In this document: one piece after another, positions 49,201-62,858 of the stretch
How the letters are laid out: each line of letters opens with the position of its first letter
How positions within the stretch are numbered: the stretch's first letter is position 1
Assembly (NCBI RefSeq): GCF_022539665.2
Contig: NC_081331.1
Coordinates: forward strand, 14,136,001 to 14,200,000
Direction: 5' to 3'
Length of the DNA stretch: 64,000 bases
Source of the DNA: Daphnia carinata
Lineage: Eukaryota
The notes under the pieces: model-generated
What the model was told of the DNA's origin: nothing
The model's database searches: none
Seen by the model: the letters and a program-made list of their open reading frames with translations, nothing else
Program-made: the position numbers and the translations under genes

Positions 49201-49840
49201 CTTTCACTATTTTCGAAATCAAAAGATGTATAGTAGTTTTGGATGATCAAAGTATGCCTAAATTTGTACCCCATTTCCAAGCTGCTTGTTGCGCAGATCC
49301 TATCAGAACTTTTTCTTTTAGCTCCGGTAATTTGTTTATATCTACGGGAAGAGTATTCCGAGCCAACAGCCATCGCTTTGCATCGTCAGGGCCGAGAAGA
49401 GTTTGAATTTTGAGATCCTCTAATCTGTAGACATCTTCTAAGTTTTTCACTCCCAATTCTGGCAATCTAACCATAAATAATAAGAATAATATTGATAGGA
49501 CAGAACCAAAAAATGAATTCAAGAAAGACAATAAAATACTATAAAAATTTACCTCCCAGCAAGATCAAGAAGTTTTGAATCTTGTAGCCATATACAAAGA
49601 ACATTTGTTTCTTCCTTATTGGTCCCTTAACCGATGAGATTATAAAAATATTAGTCATCTAGATGGCATAATAAGAGAATACTTTCACTACAGCAATGTG
49701 TTACCTTGGTTTTCAGAACATTTAAAAAATAGGTTATCGAGGTTATTTCTTGTGTTCTTGTTTGCTCCAAAATAGACAATCACTCCAACTACGTACGTCA
49801 CTAATATCCACCAGCCAATGCAACGATAGTCGACCGGCAT
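46267..49840 (-). CDS. AREL1: Apoptosis-resistant E3 ubiquitin ligase 1-like (filamin-type Ig repeat plus HECT); multi-exon
   Basis: HECT motifs RREWIELLC, YEFAGKLVGKCLYESS, LLSIFDENELE, LLQFTTGSSQLPPGG, LPTAHT(C)FN, SEGFGLV*. Filamin-like ATFTVRRAGQYHIDV..GSPF. N-terminal exons traced in phase to ATG 49840 (MPVDYRCIGWWILV...); the start is less certain than the body. Confidence 0.92.
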
Positions 49841-51293
49841 ATTATTACTCTTTTATCAAGCTAATGATTTCATGCAATGAAAAACTTTTCTCCACTCTCC
49901 ATGTTCTTTCAAACCTTGAACATTCGTCACACTTGTGTACGACCGTAAGGAATTCGCTACATTCACTAACGTTGGACAGCGGTACACAAGTGCAAATGTT
50001 GAATAATTAAGAATGTCTATTTGGAGAAGACTGATGCAGAAGTATAAAAATAACTAGAACGGAATGATAATTTCAGGAATCAAATCAAGTCACTTGTTGT
50101 ACTTCAGATTTAGAACATCCAGACGACAAAGAAATTTTTTATTTGTTGTCAACTTTAGTTCAACGCGAATCCGCTAGGAGACGGCCTCTCTGGCTTCACT
50201 TAGGCAAAACCACATAACGGCATCATCTAATGTTCTGCTAAAGGCAGTAAAAATTTTTGTCACGTAAACGCCTGAGATTTTATAATATTTTCGCGTTTTG
50301 TTTGTAGCTTAGCAAGCGGATAATGACTTGTTAAGTAGATGCCAAAGAAAGCCGGAACTACTCGTAGCTCTACTTGCTGCAATTCCCAATCAGGGCCTTT
50401 CTTTGAAAGAATAAATGCTGGGACGAAAACACATGTTTAAAACATTTTTCATTGGTCCTGCTTTAGATGTAATTATAAATTAAATTTCAGATTGAAAAAT
50501 ATTTGATAAACCGTTAAATGTAATCGTGGTAGCTGAACGAAGGAGAGAGACGAATTTCAAGCCACTTATGGCTTCAATAATCTCAAAAAATATTTCTTAA
50601 CCCCAAAGCAATGTAACAAGACGTTTAAATATCTGTCATGAGGAAAAGTCATAAGTTTGGCCTCTTTCGCGGTTGGTACCGATTACTCTTGTTCAGGGAA
50701 AGGTTTTTAAATTCCTAAGGTGAGCTTCCGCAAAGTTTGTGAGTCGTGAACACTATCCAGTGCAACATTGCCAAGTCTGTCAGTGTTTTCATGTGATGGT
50801 CCTACCCCGAAGGTCCGAATTGTCCGAAGCCCATCTGATTGTTATTGAAGCAATCACAACTCGAATTGTATTATTTGCAACAGTTACATTAAGAGAAAGT
50901 CACTGGAAATTCTTGAGTGCAATTTTTGTGACGTGAACGTGCGTATTTGCTTCCTTAGACTGTTGTCTACCGTTATCGTCCAAACAGCAGTAATAGTCTG
51001 CTGCGTTCGTTAGAACCGCAATGAACTTGAAATGCGAGGTGTGGCTATTTCTTGTCGTTATTATCTCATTATTGATGCATATTTATTGCCATGTATTTTC
51101 AGTTTGCTATTAGCTGTCTGGCTGGTTTAACAATTTGGTTTTTGTCCATGTGCCTCATAATCCAGCAAAATGAATAAGCTTCTTTTCTGGCCTTAAGTTA
51201 TCAGCGTCTGTCATCTAATGGCAAGAAACCTCTTCAATATTTGGTGCTTGTGTTCTTCATGATTCTGGATCACACTGAACTCCACAAAAGAAG

Positions 51294-54200
51294 ATGTTCA
51301 GTAAAAAGGCAAGCATAGATGTCAAGAAATCTACCCAAAAATTTTTGGATGGGAAACGTGACATTCCTACAAGGTTTAGGCATCTAAAAATTGTTTTGGG
51401 TAAAACTTTATATTTATACAAGTCCCACATAAACTAAGTTGACCTTCCTTAACTAGATCATGCTGAACCAAATGATGCAAAGTCGCTGCTTGAAACATAC
51501 TACAGTCCAGTTTTCCATATTTTTTATGATTCTTTTAGTACAACTGAATCAACCCTAAAGCAAAAAAGTAAGCTTCCTTCAGATGGTTTAAATTTCAGTT
51601 TCCTCTCAATAAAGTCTTTGCATTAGGCCACAGAGTACAAAGAGAAGAGCTGGATGCAGTACTAGTCTTGCTTGAAAAGATTTTGTTGCTTCTCCCCGAG
51701 CTCCTTCAGAAAAGATGGCAAAAACATGCCCTGACTCGCTTATTCAAGCGTCTTTTGCATCCAGCCAACAATACGAAACTCCGGAAAGATTCGATGAAGT
51801 ATTGTTATCAATAATTTATCTGACTCTGAATTTTTTTTTACAAGTTTCTGATTTTTGTGTAGATTGTTTATTTTGTGGTATCAAATCTTGGGAGAGCAAG
51901 CAGATGGTGGCATTCATTCCATGTTTGCCTGCTTAGTTCCAGGATTTCCTCACCAGCCTGCTTACTCATATCCCAACGGTGCACCAAGTGAGTACTTTCA
52001 GTGTCTTAAATTTATAGCCAAATCAAATTTATTAACCTTTTGTAAATAACGAAAATAGGCGTTGCAATTGCGACAGAGCTTTTACCACTCATTCCACCAC
52101 AGGCCGGTGAAAAAGGGATAGACGATTCTTGCAGATTTTATTTGGACTCGTTGATGGAGTTTATGATTACCCAGGTAAATCTTCGTCTCTCTTATAAGGA
52201 AACCGTATAAAGAAAAGCCATCATGTTTTTCTAGGTGATGCGGATCGAATGGAGAGATAAACATTTAGGCCGGCCACAGCGTTGTTTCTCCTTTCTGCTT
52301 CAAAAATTTCAGACCTACTACCTTCCACATATATTCCCGGAAATTTCGGATCGGACCAACGTCTACCGGCCTGATTTAGGTGCGTTGGTGTATCGCTCAT
52401 CACGCAGAAATGATTATTTTTTAATTAAATTGATTTATGTTTTTATAAAAAATACATTATATATTTATTTACTTATTTTTATGTTTTTGTTTTTCAGACA
52501 TAACGAATCTTCGGCGTCTTGGTCCGCATGATCCAAGCAGCAATTCCAAACAGCCTTTTATTTCCTGCCGAGTGGTCGTGTTAAAGTGGTTAGCTAATCT
52601 CACCCATGTCCCACATTCTACCCACCATCAGGATACTCCCTTCGCAACTTGTGCCGCATTTCTTCCACAGCATCTTGGCTCTCCGGCCATGGACTCCTCA
52701 TTCTACAGTCAAATATCAGAAAAGGAGGCTCCATCATACATGAGGTAGATTTGCTTTGTTTAGTTTGTAAACACAGATTTTAATATTAGACTTTTTCCCT
52801 ATGCCAAAATCAGCGAACAACACCGAAACGAAGTAACAGTTGTCCAAGATGTACTCTTTGGTTCTCGAGAGAACGTTAATCTTGTGGTGGAGCTGTATCG
52901 GCAGGCATTTTTATTGCCTTTACAACAGTCTCCAAGCATCCGAAAAATTCTGTCTTTGTATCGGGATTGGATCCACAGAAAGGTTTTAATTGTACCTTTT
53001 TTCTTCTCATTTGAATAATTTTGACGCAATGGTTCTTTGTATAGGTTGATGCTCCTCCTTTCATGTGTGAGCCGATAGAAGATTCAGGACCGAAACGTAA
53101 TGTTTCAAGAGAACAAACACATGTTTATGCTGGGATGCAAGTATGAAATTCGCTAGTTGTTTTGATACGGATATTAAATAGTATCTATGATTTTTCTGTT
53201 TCAGAATGCCTTGCAAATTTTCATTACGCAAGTGGCTAGTGTGTTTATGAGTTGGGTACCTCAGGGGTCTTTGGTTTTCCTGGAAGAGCAGGTGGATATA
53301 TGCAAAAGGGTTTTGAACATATACCGTTATATGGTTATGAACTCTCCAATGGAACAAAAAACTTGGTAAATCTTATCTCTTGTTCAGCTATTATGAAGAG
53401 AAAATTAATTCATTTGCTGTTTCCAGGGAGCAGTTGCTTCTCGTTCTGCTACAGGTCACCTCACAAGTACTTGGCAACAAAGTACCTGACAAAAAAGAAG
53501 ATACACTAGGCAATCGCCTAGCCCCGGCATTGTTCCAGACGCTCATTGTTACCTGGATACGCGCCAACCTTAATGTCATTATTACGGTAGATCTCTGGGA
53601 TCAGTTCGTCCAGACTCTTTCAGGACTCACTGTTTGGGAAGAACTTATTCGTGAATGGGCGGTAAATAATTAAACCAATTAATTAAGACTTTACCATATT
53701 TATTTGTTGTTATTCAGAAAACGATGGATATTCTTACAAGAGTGTTGGCGAAGAACTTGTACCACTTGGATCTAAGTGACCTTCCGCTGGATCGTCTAAG
53801 TGAACAGAAAGCCAAGAAAAGAAGAGCTGGCCGTGTCGAATTACTCTCTGGCTTAGGGCCGTTTCCTCAAAACATTGTGCCCCGGAGCGGGCAAGTGAAT
53901 ACTCCAGCAACAACCCCAGTGTCTTCGCCACCCACCACAAACGTCGATGCAACTGGGCATCATTCTGGTAATGCAGCACAAGAAGAGACACGATCGGCAA
54001 GTGGATCCGTTAGATCACGAAGTTCCGTCATGACTCCCGGCCACTTTGCTCATCAACAGCGTACTCGACATAGCAGCTCGGGCGACACCTCGTTAAAAAC
54101 TGCAGACATGTGGAATATTCCTCGCACTGCAAAAGTCGAGCGAAGTCGCAGCGAGGGCAATTTCGCGCGCAAACATCGTGTTGGTGGAACACGAAACCGG

Positions 54201-57200
54201 TGCAAACGCTACGATCACATCGCAGTTCCATGTAAGCCAATTCAAAACTATTAATGCGCATTGGTGCTTGACGAACGGTGTAGTGCCAAGCCATTACCTA
54301 CCCGTGACATATAGCCACCTACAACATAGTGTTGAAGCTTCCGAATTGTTCTCAAGATGTAAAACATTTTGGGCCGAGAGCAACCGACAAAATGTCATAT
54401 TTGTTCCTTATTTTTTATTATTTAAATTTTCAGCCTTGCCATCGTCCGTGGAAAATAAAATCACGCGCATGCTGACCTCAGAAACTCTATCAACGGCACA
54501 ACTTTTACGACGTCCTCTCCAACCTAGAAAACAGTTTCTTCGAAAGCGTTCTCGCTCAATGAATTCAATTAAGCATTTAAAAGGTGAAAAATAAAATCTT
54601 TAACCTAATTAAATTCAATTAATTTCATTGGTTATTTTATAGGATTTGATGAAAGTGGCCGGTATTCAGATTCTGAAACTGAATCTCGTTCACCTTCACC
54701 TTCCAGTGGAGTCGAAACGAATTCTTTCAAAGATTCGCCAATGCAAATTGATGTCATGGGTTTGGATCAAGGATTTGGCAAGTTCATTAAAGCTTCTGTA
54801 AAAAGCGTGAGTAATTTATTTAGTTTTTTACGATTAGATGGTGTTGATGGAGACGCGTCTCACAATCGATCGGTCATGTTTGGCGGAAAGGCCAAAGGCT
54901 GGCTTCCAGATGTGGCCGTTGTCATGTGGCGTCGAATGCTTGGAGCTTTAGGCGATCCCAACGAAGTCCGCAACCCTCAAATTCATGCAGCTATCTTTGA
55001 TTATTTGGTGGAATTGGGGTGTATACTAATTAAGGTAATCATTTTAATATATTTATGATTCATTGGGAGGGATGTGACATCGATTCTTGTTTTAGATTCG
55101 CCAAAATCAAGGTGTCAGCCTTGACAATGTGTCTACGCCGCCTCTTCCCACTTTCGTTCCACCCGTCTTAATTCTTGTGCCATGGTGTCAAAAGGTGCGT
55201 CTCATAACATTTGGTTCATACCTCGATTGGATTCTACTTTTTTTCTGGAAAAAATTCAGGCGCTGGCATTACCATCCTCCTACCATAAGGGCAAGACGTT
55301 GGCACTACGTCTACTTTGCACAATAGTAGCCCGGACTCATGATATTCCTCTTCCACGGAATCAACTGTTGCTCTTTTATCGGGCTATCCATCATGCGCTC
55401 GTTGGTCAAGATCAGGTAAACAGTTTTTTTTTATTTTTTATTATTGATGACATGACATTTCTGTTCGCAGGATGCCATTAATACAGTTCTCAAATTCTGT
55501 GGAGCGCGCTTCTTTTCACTTCAATTACCCGGTTATTCGTTGCTAATGTTGGATTTTCTTCATGCCGCAAACACCATCATTTCTAACAACGACCTTAAAG
55601 GGGTAAATGTTAAATTATCTTACGCCTCTCTATTAATTAAAGTGAGACATTTCTTTATCCAGAGCTCGCGTGTTGAGGCTATTTCGTTAGTTGGCTCGTT
55701 GCTCTTCTTCCCAGAGACTCTTCCTGATTTACCGGTGCTTCAACCAATACCCAACGAGTACAACCTTGTCCACTGTAACGACATCAAAGTATAGAAAGCT
55801 CATATATCCAGCTTTTATTTCTTATATTGTAAATATTTTTTTATAATAACAGGAACACGTCGTGGCTTTGGTACTGAAATCGGCTAAACGCGAAGCCACA
55901 AGCGTAGGCCGGTGCGTGGCCATATCCAGTTTGGCTGTGTATATTTACTGCCAATTGGCTCATGGCACAAAACACGCTAAAGTTAAGGAGGCTATTGCCG
56001 TCCTTTTAGCTGTGCTCAAGGTAATGAAAATCATTGGCACTTAATTCTAATTTTCGTCCCACAGGTGCTTTGTTTGCACCTATTTTTATTTCACAATTTA
56101 GCTTGCTTTTTGCTACGCAGATTAATGCTTGACTCATTGTGTTTGTCGCCTTTTGGCTTTGATTGATGACTTTTGTTTTGTTTCGTATCCTTGCCCACCT
56201 ATGTGTGTGTATTTGTCCGTCGCCGTATATGCGCAGCAGTGCATACCCGCCACCCAACCAAAATCCTCCTCAAATTCGGAGGTTCGTTAATTATTTTTCA
56301 TATAAGCCTCTAATCCTCAAATCTTAATTTTTAAGAACACATACCCAATTCGTTTGGCAAATTGATTCATTTTTTTTGTTTTCTTAGCCATTCTAAATTA
56401 GTTCTGCTTGTATCACGTAACTTGATTCACATAATAACAGCTAACATTAGTAAGCTGCTATTAACCTTCTCCAAACACGGCCAATGGCCAATGTTATCAA
56501 CAGTTGAAAGATTTCACAGCTAAAAGTTTAATTGCTAATCTTTATCCTTTTGTAGTTTAAAAATCGGCTTATAGGACAAGTGGCGTGTGATATGCTTCTT
56601 CTTCTCTGTGACCATGCGGATTATCTTCTCGAGCAATATCCGGATGTTCCACGTGCTATTATTGAAGTAAAAAGACGTTATACAAAAATCATTTCGAAAT
56701 TAACTAATTTCATTTTTAACTTGTTAGGATTTGTCTCACACGTTGTCTGCACTAACGGCGAATCAAGGCTGCAATGATCAGACAAAACGATTGTTGTTAT
56801 CCTTGTCCATTTGCCTGGGAGAGTGGTGCATGCGAGTACCGGCGGAATCCTTGCTGAAACCCCTTGTCCAGCCGAAATCACCATCTTTATTGGAAACGGT
56901 TTTTCGCGTCTTGAAATCAGTTGCCACTGGAAGCAATGTTGGTGGTGGAGGGCATGTAGTGGAAAATCGCCCGCTGGACATTGGTGTTGCAGACCCGAGC
57001 ATTGATAATGTAGGGGAGCATCTATCAACGCTTAGCCCGTCTCAGTCTCCGCTTTCTAGTCCGACCAAGGACGGGTACAACCAGAGATCAACCAATGCCA
57101 AGACAGTCCCTTCTCCTGGAGAGAATGAAGCAAATATTCGTGCAGTTCGATTAGCTGCTCGAATGGTTCGTGAAATTTCGTATGGAAAACAAGTGGCGAG

Positions 57201-59680
57201 TAAATTAATTGAATTTCTTTAATGGCTAGGTGATGGATCATTTGATCAATCATATCGGACACTTTCCAATGGGAATCGGTGCTGCCCGATTGAGTTCCAT
57301 GGTCTGCGAACATGACGACTTGCCACATTTTCAAGGCGATGAGCTCTCAGCGGAACTCTTTCATTCTCCATCTGTCCAGTTCTTCATGTTGAACAAGGAT
57401 ACATTGATGTCGTTGGTGGAACTCCCCACGTTAGAAGCCACTCGGGGGAGCGCAATGTCCGGTCTTCGAACGGCCCATTCTCAGGTAAATTATTTCCCCC
57501 CATATTCTATCGCTTAAGTTTATCAAATCACCTTCATCCAGGTGCGAATCATTTTGAGAAACCTCGGTGGCAAATTCTGCTGGGATTCGTCGATATTGTA
57601 TTCGCTCAAAGATGATTCAACATTGACACGTTTAACTAAACCGCCTCTACCGCCATTTTTTACCGCACGTCCTTATCAACGCGAAGAGTTAATGATATCT
57701 TCATTCATCGGTGGAGATGGAGCCATCATCCAGCCATCTCCTCCGAGACTTTCAGTGCGTCATCGACCTCCCAATTCCATGCCCAAATGGGAGGATACTG
57801 CCGAAGACATGGACAACCTTGAAGACCTTTTGCTGTTTATTGGACATACAAGTCCTGAATGTATTCCAGCCGGAAGGCAAGCAGACACGTTGACTACGCC
57901 ACCTCCTCCTCCACCGACCATGTTACCCGAGCAAGAGGAGGAAGCGCTAAATGCGCTACTCCATCAAAAACACATCGAGCTTGATTTCTACCAAAAGCAT
58001 TCAAATGAACAGTGGTAGGGAAACATCGCTTTTAGCCTAATATGATGACAATGAAATTTATTGGACCTTGTGTGTGTGTTCATTTTTAGGATGAGAGGGC
58101 GCCCGGTTGAAGAGCCTATACCGGAAGATCCACAATCCCCTTTCCAGTTTAGTCGGATGCTCTTTTCCCAGCTTGGTTTAACATCATGGGATAAAAGAGG
58201 ACAAGTCCAACTCTTAAAGAAATGTGATAAACTTCTTCGTGAGTTAAAAAATCTCGATAGCCAGGTACAATTTCATTTATCAAATCATTCATGAATGATA
58301 ATAGACGTTGGGGATGTATGTAGAAATGCCGAGAAACGCACAAGATTGCCGTCATTTATGTAGGTGCCGGCCAGGAGGACAAAAACTCAATTCTTACAAA
58401 TTCCGGTGGAAGCCAGGCGTTCGAAGATTTTGTTGCTGGTCTTGCGTGGGAGGTTAGTCCTTAAAGCAAACAAAAAAAAAAACAACGTGTGAATGGCCTT
58501 TTCGATTGCGGTTTAGGTTGAATTGGAAACGCATACAGGCTTTCTTGGCGGTTTGCAGCGCAACCGATCCACAGGCGAAACAGCTCCTTATTTTGCCACA
58601 TCTTTCACTGAAGTTATTTTTCATGTATCGACTAGAATGCCTTCACACAATCAAGACGCTCTCCTTCAAAAAGTACGTGGTTTTACGAGGCATAGGAAGC
58701 CGTTGATTACAAGTCTCATTTTCGTTATATAGACCCGCCACTTGGGTAACGACGAAGTCCATATTGTATGGTCGGAACATTCGCGTGATTACCGCCGAGG
58801 CATTATACCAACAGAGTTTTGCGATGTTCTCATCACCATCTATCCACTGCCGAATCAACTATTCCGCATCCAGATTACACGCAAACCAGACGTCAGTAAA
58901 AAACTAAATCGCATGCAAATTCAACAATTATATGTGATTTATGTTTCAGGTCCCGTTCGTAGGTCCACTCTTCAACGAGAGCATAATAGACAAACGTGTG
59001 CTTCCTGGGTTGGTACGTGCTACTGCTCTAAACGCATCTAGGGCGACGCGATCCACCATCCCCTACTTCCATACTTTGTAAATTATCTTTAACTTCAATT
59101 TTCTAAAACTCTTGAGTTCTTAACGTTACATTTTTTACGCTTAGTTACGAAGAAAGATACAAGGCGTTGGAAACGATTACACAAAACCTTCAAGAACCAA
59201 CGACGTTCGAGGATTTTTGTGTACAACTTTGCTGCCCAGGTATACCTATGCCTACAACTGGATCGTCCGGTAACTTGTCAGGTACATGAAAATGCAAAAT
59301 GAAACGTTTTGGATGACATTATTTCTTATATTTGCGCGAAGGTTCATTTTTCAATAACATGGAAATGCCAGGGAATCCTCCATCAGGACCTCCATCTAGT
59401 TCGGGAGGCCATGTTACGTTCTCGTCTGATACTTCGTATGGATTTGCGACATCCCTCTTCCGTCAAAACCCTGGCCAAGAAAATAAACAAAGAGGTTGCT
59501 TAACTTGTGGCCTATTGTTGAACTGTTTAATAATTTCTGATTGTTTTCAAAGGATTGGAAAGCGCCGGTTTGTCTGTCGACATCGAGGAACCGCATTACG
59601 CGTCACCCAAAGCGAATAAACGGCTGTCATTCAAACATACATCACGTAAGATATCGGGTTTCGGTAACCCAGATTGTTGA
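51294..59680 (+). CDS. RALGAPA: Ral GTPase-activating protein catalytic subunit alpha; many exons
   Basis: N-terminus [59 protein letters not shown]; Rap/Ral-GAP domain [46 protein letters not shown]; stop TGA at 59678-59680. Confidence 0.95.
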
Positions 59681-60418
59681 AGAAACGAAAACAAAAGTGT
59701 CTTGATTGACGGTGATTCGACATTCCACACACATTTCGACGAACTAGATTGTACTTTACATATTATGCAATTTTTCAAAAGCTTCAACGTTCCCCAGTTC
59801 ACGTCTTTCATAACTTAAGAAATAGAAAACGGTAGGATTTAAGGACATTGAATTAAAAAAAAAAGAATGGACGTGCAATCAAGTGTATCGCGAGCTCGCT
59901 TCACACGACAAGTATATCGCAGATCACAAGCTCAAAGGAAAAAGACACTTGTCAAAATTCGTGACACTTGCTTCGTTTGATTTTTTGTTTTGTACCTTTT
60001 TTTTTTTTGTTCTTAGTTTAAGGCGTGGAATGTCTCGTAGTGTTAAGTAATCAATCCAGCTACCTCTCGTTCTTCCCTTATTGTTACCACCGTGTGTCGT
60101 TACGTGCACGCGCATTTCTTTATACAGTACTTTCGTCTCAGCTACTTCGATCCGCCTTTCTTTTTCTCTTTACCACATTTCGAATTTTCTTTTCTTCCAC
60201 TGCTCACTTGTTTTTTTGGTGTTTTTTGCCCATATTTATATAAAGAAAAAACCATTTCTATGTGTTGTTTTTCTTATTGTTTGCCTTTAATAAACAACAA
60301 ACCCGTGACTTTATCGCCATGGGAACATGTGTTTGATCGTTATTTGCATCATCGTTTGGCTACTATCGTTGGTCATAGGTTTTATTCCTTGTAGACAAAT
60401 TGCCATTTTCAAAGTGTC

Positions 60419-62125
60419 ATGCCGAGCGTTTCCAAACGAAATGATCTTTCAGCAGCTTCAACACGTTCGTCGAGAACTGCACAGCAGAGATTTCCCGGCG
60501 CCAGAGGCAACACGAAAGGTAGCAGTTCAGGTCACGAAAAGAATCAGGTAGACGACACAGCCAAGAGTGACGTACCTTCGAATCACCTCAGCGAAGTCGA
60601 TAGGGAATGGTTCAACATTCGAATTCGGGATCTCGAGGAGAAATTAGCAAGGTGATTTCATTTTTTTTAAACGTTCATTGCCTCATTTATTTTTGAAATT
60701 ATTCGTGTGATGGAGGCAGAGCTCTCGATGAACGGCAAAAGTTTGAGAAGGAAACTGTAGCGGCCACAGATGTTCTCGATAAATTACGTTCGGACAATGA
60801 GGACATCATCCAATATTTGCATCGTAAGTTGCAAGCTCGAGACGACCAATGTACCGAACTTAAGGAGAGACTTAAAGGATTACAAATGGTGTTACATCTG
60901 AATGTTTATTACCTTTTTCACAAGTTTTAACGAGTTTCATTTTGGAAAGGCCCGCGAGAAAGAAAGCGAAGATTATGAACGTCAGTTAGAAGTTTCCAAT
61001 CGAACGTACGGCAACATGGAACAGCGACTGACTAGTGAAATCAAATTATTACGTGAGTCGAATCAAATATTCAATAAAAAAAAAGGCACTGATTTATCGC
61101 TTCAATCGATAGAGGGGAAACTGACGTCTCTAGAAGAATTTCGAATTCAGAAAGATCTCTTTGAAAATCAAATCAAAGAGGCACACGACAACCTGAAAAA
61201 GAAAGATGAAGAATTACCCGTTCACTTGGAACGTATGGAACGGCAGACAGTGTTGCGGATCGAAACGTTTGATTATACTCCCAACATTTTCATAAATATT
61301 TGACAATTATTCGGTTATTACGTAGGATGAAAGAGGAGCATGCGAAGGCCATCAAAGAAATTGCCAAGGACATGGAGAAGAAAGCCATGACGAAACTAAC
61401 GGAAACATCACGTAGAGCACTGGAAGAGAACACTATGCTATTGCGTCAAGTATACCTGTTCATTAAGAGAAAATTCGTGATTATCACCTATCAATTCCGA
61501 CAGGTGGCTGTTTTAGGAAGCAAAGTAGTAACGATCGAATCACAACTGGCAACGGCTAGATATCAAAATCAAGGGCTGAAAGCGTTGCTTAGCCGGACAG
61601 AAAGCAAACACGAAGAGGCAGCTAAACAGTTGGCAGCTGAGAAAAGTGTAAGGTTATTGAAAGATCATATTTTAAATGCAATTTTAAAAATGTAGTTGTT
61701 TTTGCAGAAGCGAAAGACGCAGGTGAATATTGAAGGGCTGGCTCAAAGGAAAATCGTCCAATGCGAAGAATTAGAGAAAAAGGTGAACGAACTTTGCGCC
61801 GAGAATGAAGATTTACAGAGACGATTGAGCCAACTGGAAGAAGAGCGTTCCAGACAGAAGGAAACGATAACCGAGTTGAGCCACGCCAGCGAAAAGGCTC
61901 GAGATTGGCTCTCCAAAAACAAGAAGAAATGTGACATTCTTTCGCAAGGCATCCAATCGGCAAAACGAATTATGGCCGCAGTTTTGGAGGTAATTGATTG
62001 CCATTTATTTCTGATAGAATATAAATTCTTTTTTATGTTTGAATGTGATATAGGCCGACAAAGATGATTTAACAGCAGCAATGAACCAAGTAATTGACTT
62101 TATTAACGAGGATTTCGGTTCTTAA
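60419..62125 (+). CDS. CFAP157: Cilia- and flagella-associated protein 157-like coiled-coil protein; multi-exon
   Basis: LSEVDREWFNIRIRDLEEKLAR, EDIIQYLHRKLQ, GKLTSLEEFRIQKD and LTETSRRALEEN match my recollection of the CFAP157 family. Coiled-coil composition. The last exon ends DFINEDFGS*. Confidence 0.8.
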
Positions 62126-62498
62126 TGGTTTGAATATTGGTACGTACTTGCTGTGCATTAGTTTTGCATATCATTATTGGCGGTCAGATTGCTTTCCGTA
62201 TTCGTTCCATCCCAATTGTATTTTTAATTTTACAAAATTGAAATGTTTTTACCATCGTGGGAATATTCTTTTCGGTCGATGTAAATCATGACATTTTTAT
62301 CCTACCTTTAATTGATGTCGAATAAATGTTGCAATTTACAACAGAATCATGGTCATTGATTTTGCACAGCGAACAGATAATACGCTTGCACGACAAGACT
62401 AATTTATTTTTTTATCTTTCGGCTGATGTTTCCATTAAACGTGTTTTGCCAATTTTGAGCTTGATTTGATTTTTTACTTAATACTTTACCCTAACAAA

Positions 62499-62858
62499 TA
62501 AGCCCGACAAAATCAGCCCGGCAAAATAAGCCCGACTTTTTCTATATTATTTTATTTTTTTCAAAAACCCTGATATTATTATAACTAAACATGACGTATA
62601 CACACAATTAATCAAGGATCACGATAATAGACATCATTTTCTTGTAGCACTTGTGGTTCCTGAGTTATTCAAATTCAAAAATGACTGTGGTGAAACCACT
62701 TTGATTACCTACAAACCGCGCCACAAACGGGAAAACGAATACTTTTTCCTGAATTAGCGTTCAGTTTTGGTTAGTGCAAGTAAGTTTTATAGAATTTCAA
62801 GTAAAAATTTTTATCTACATTTTTTAAACGAAAAGTCGGGCTTAAAAAGTCGGGCTTA
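62499..62858. mobile_element. ~360-bp MITE-like element with reiterated terminal inverted motifs
   Basis: Left end has three TAAGCCCGAC-like motifs (62499-62540); right end has AAAAGTCGGGCTTA twice (62831-62858). The same motif occurs in the 38.4-39.7 kb repeat. Confidence 0.6.
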
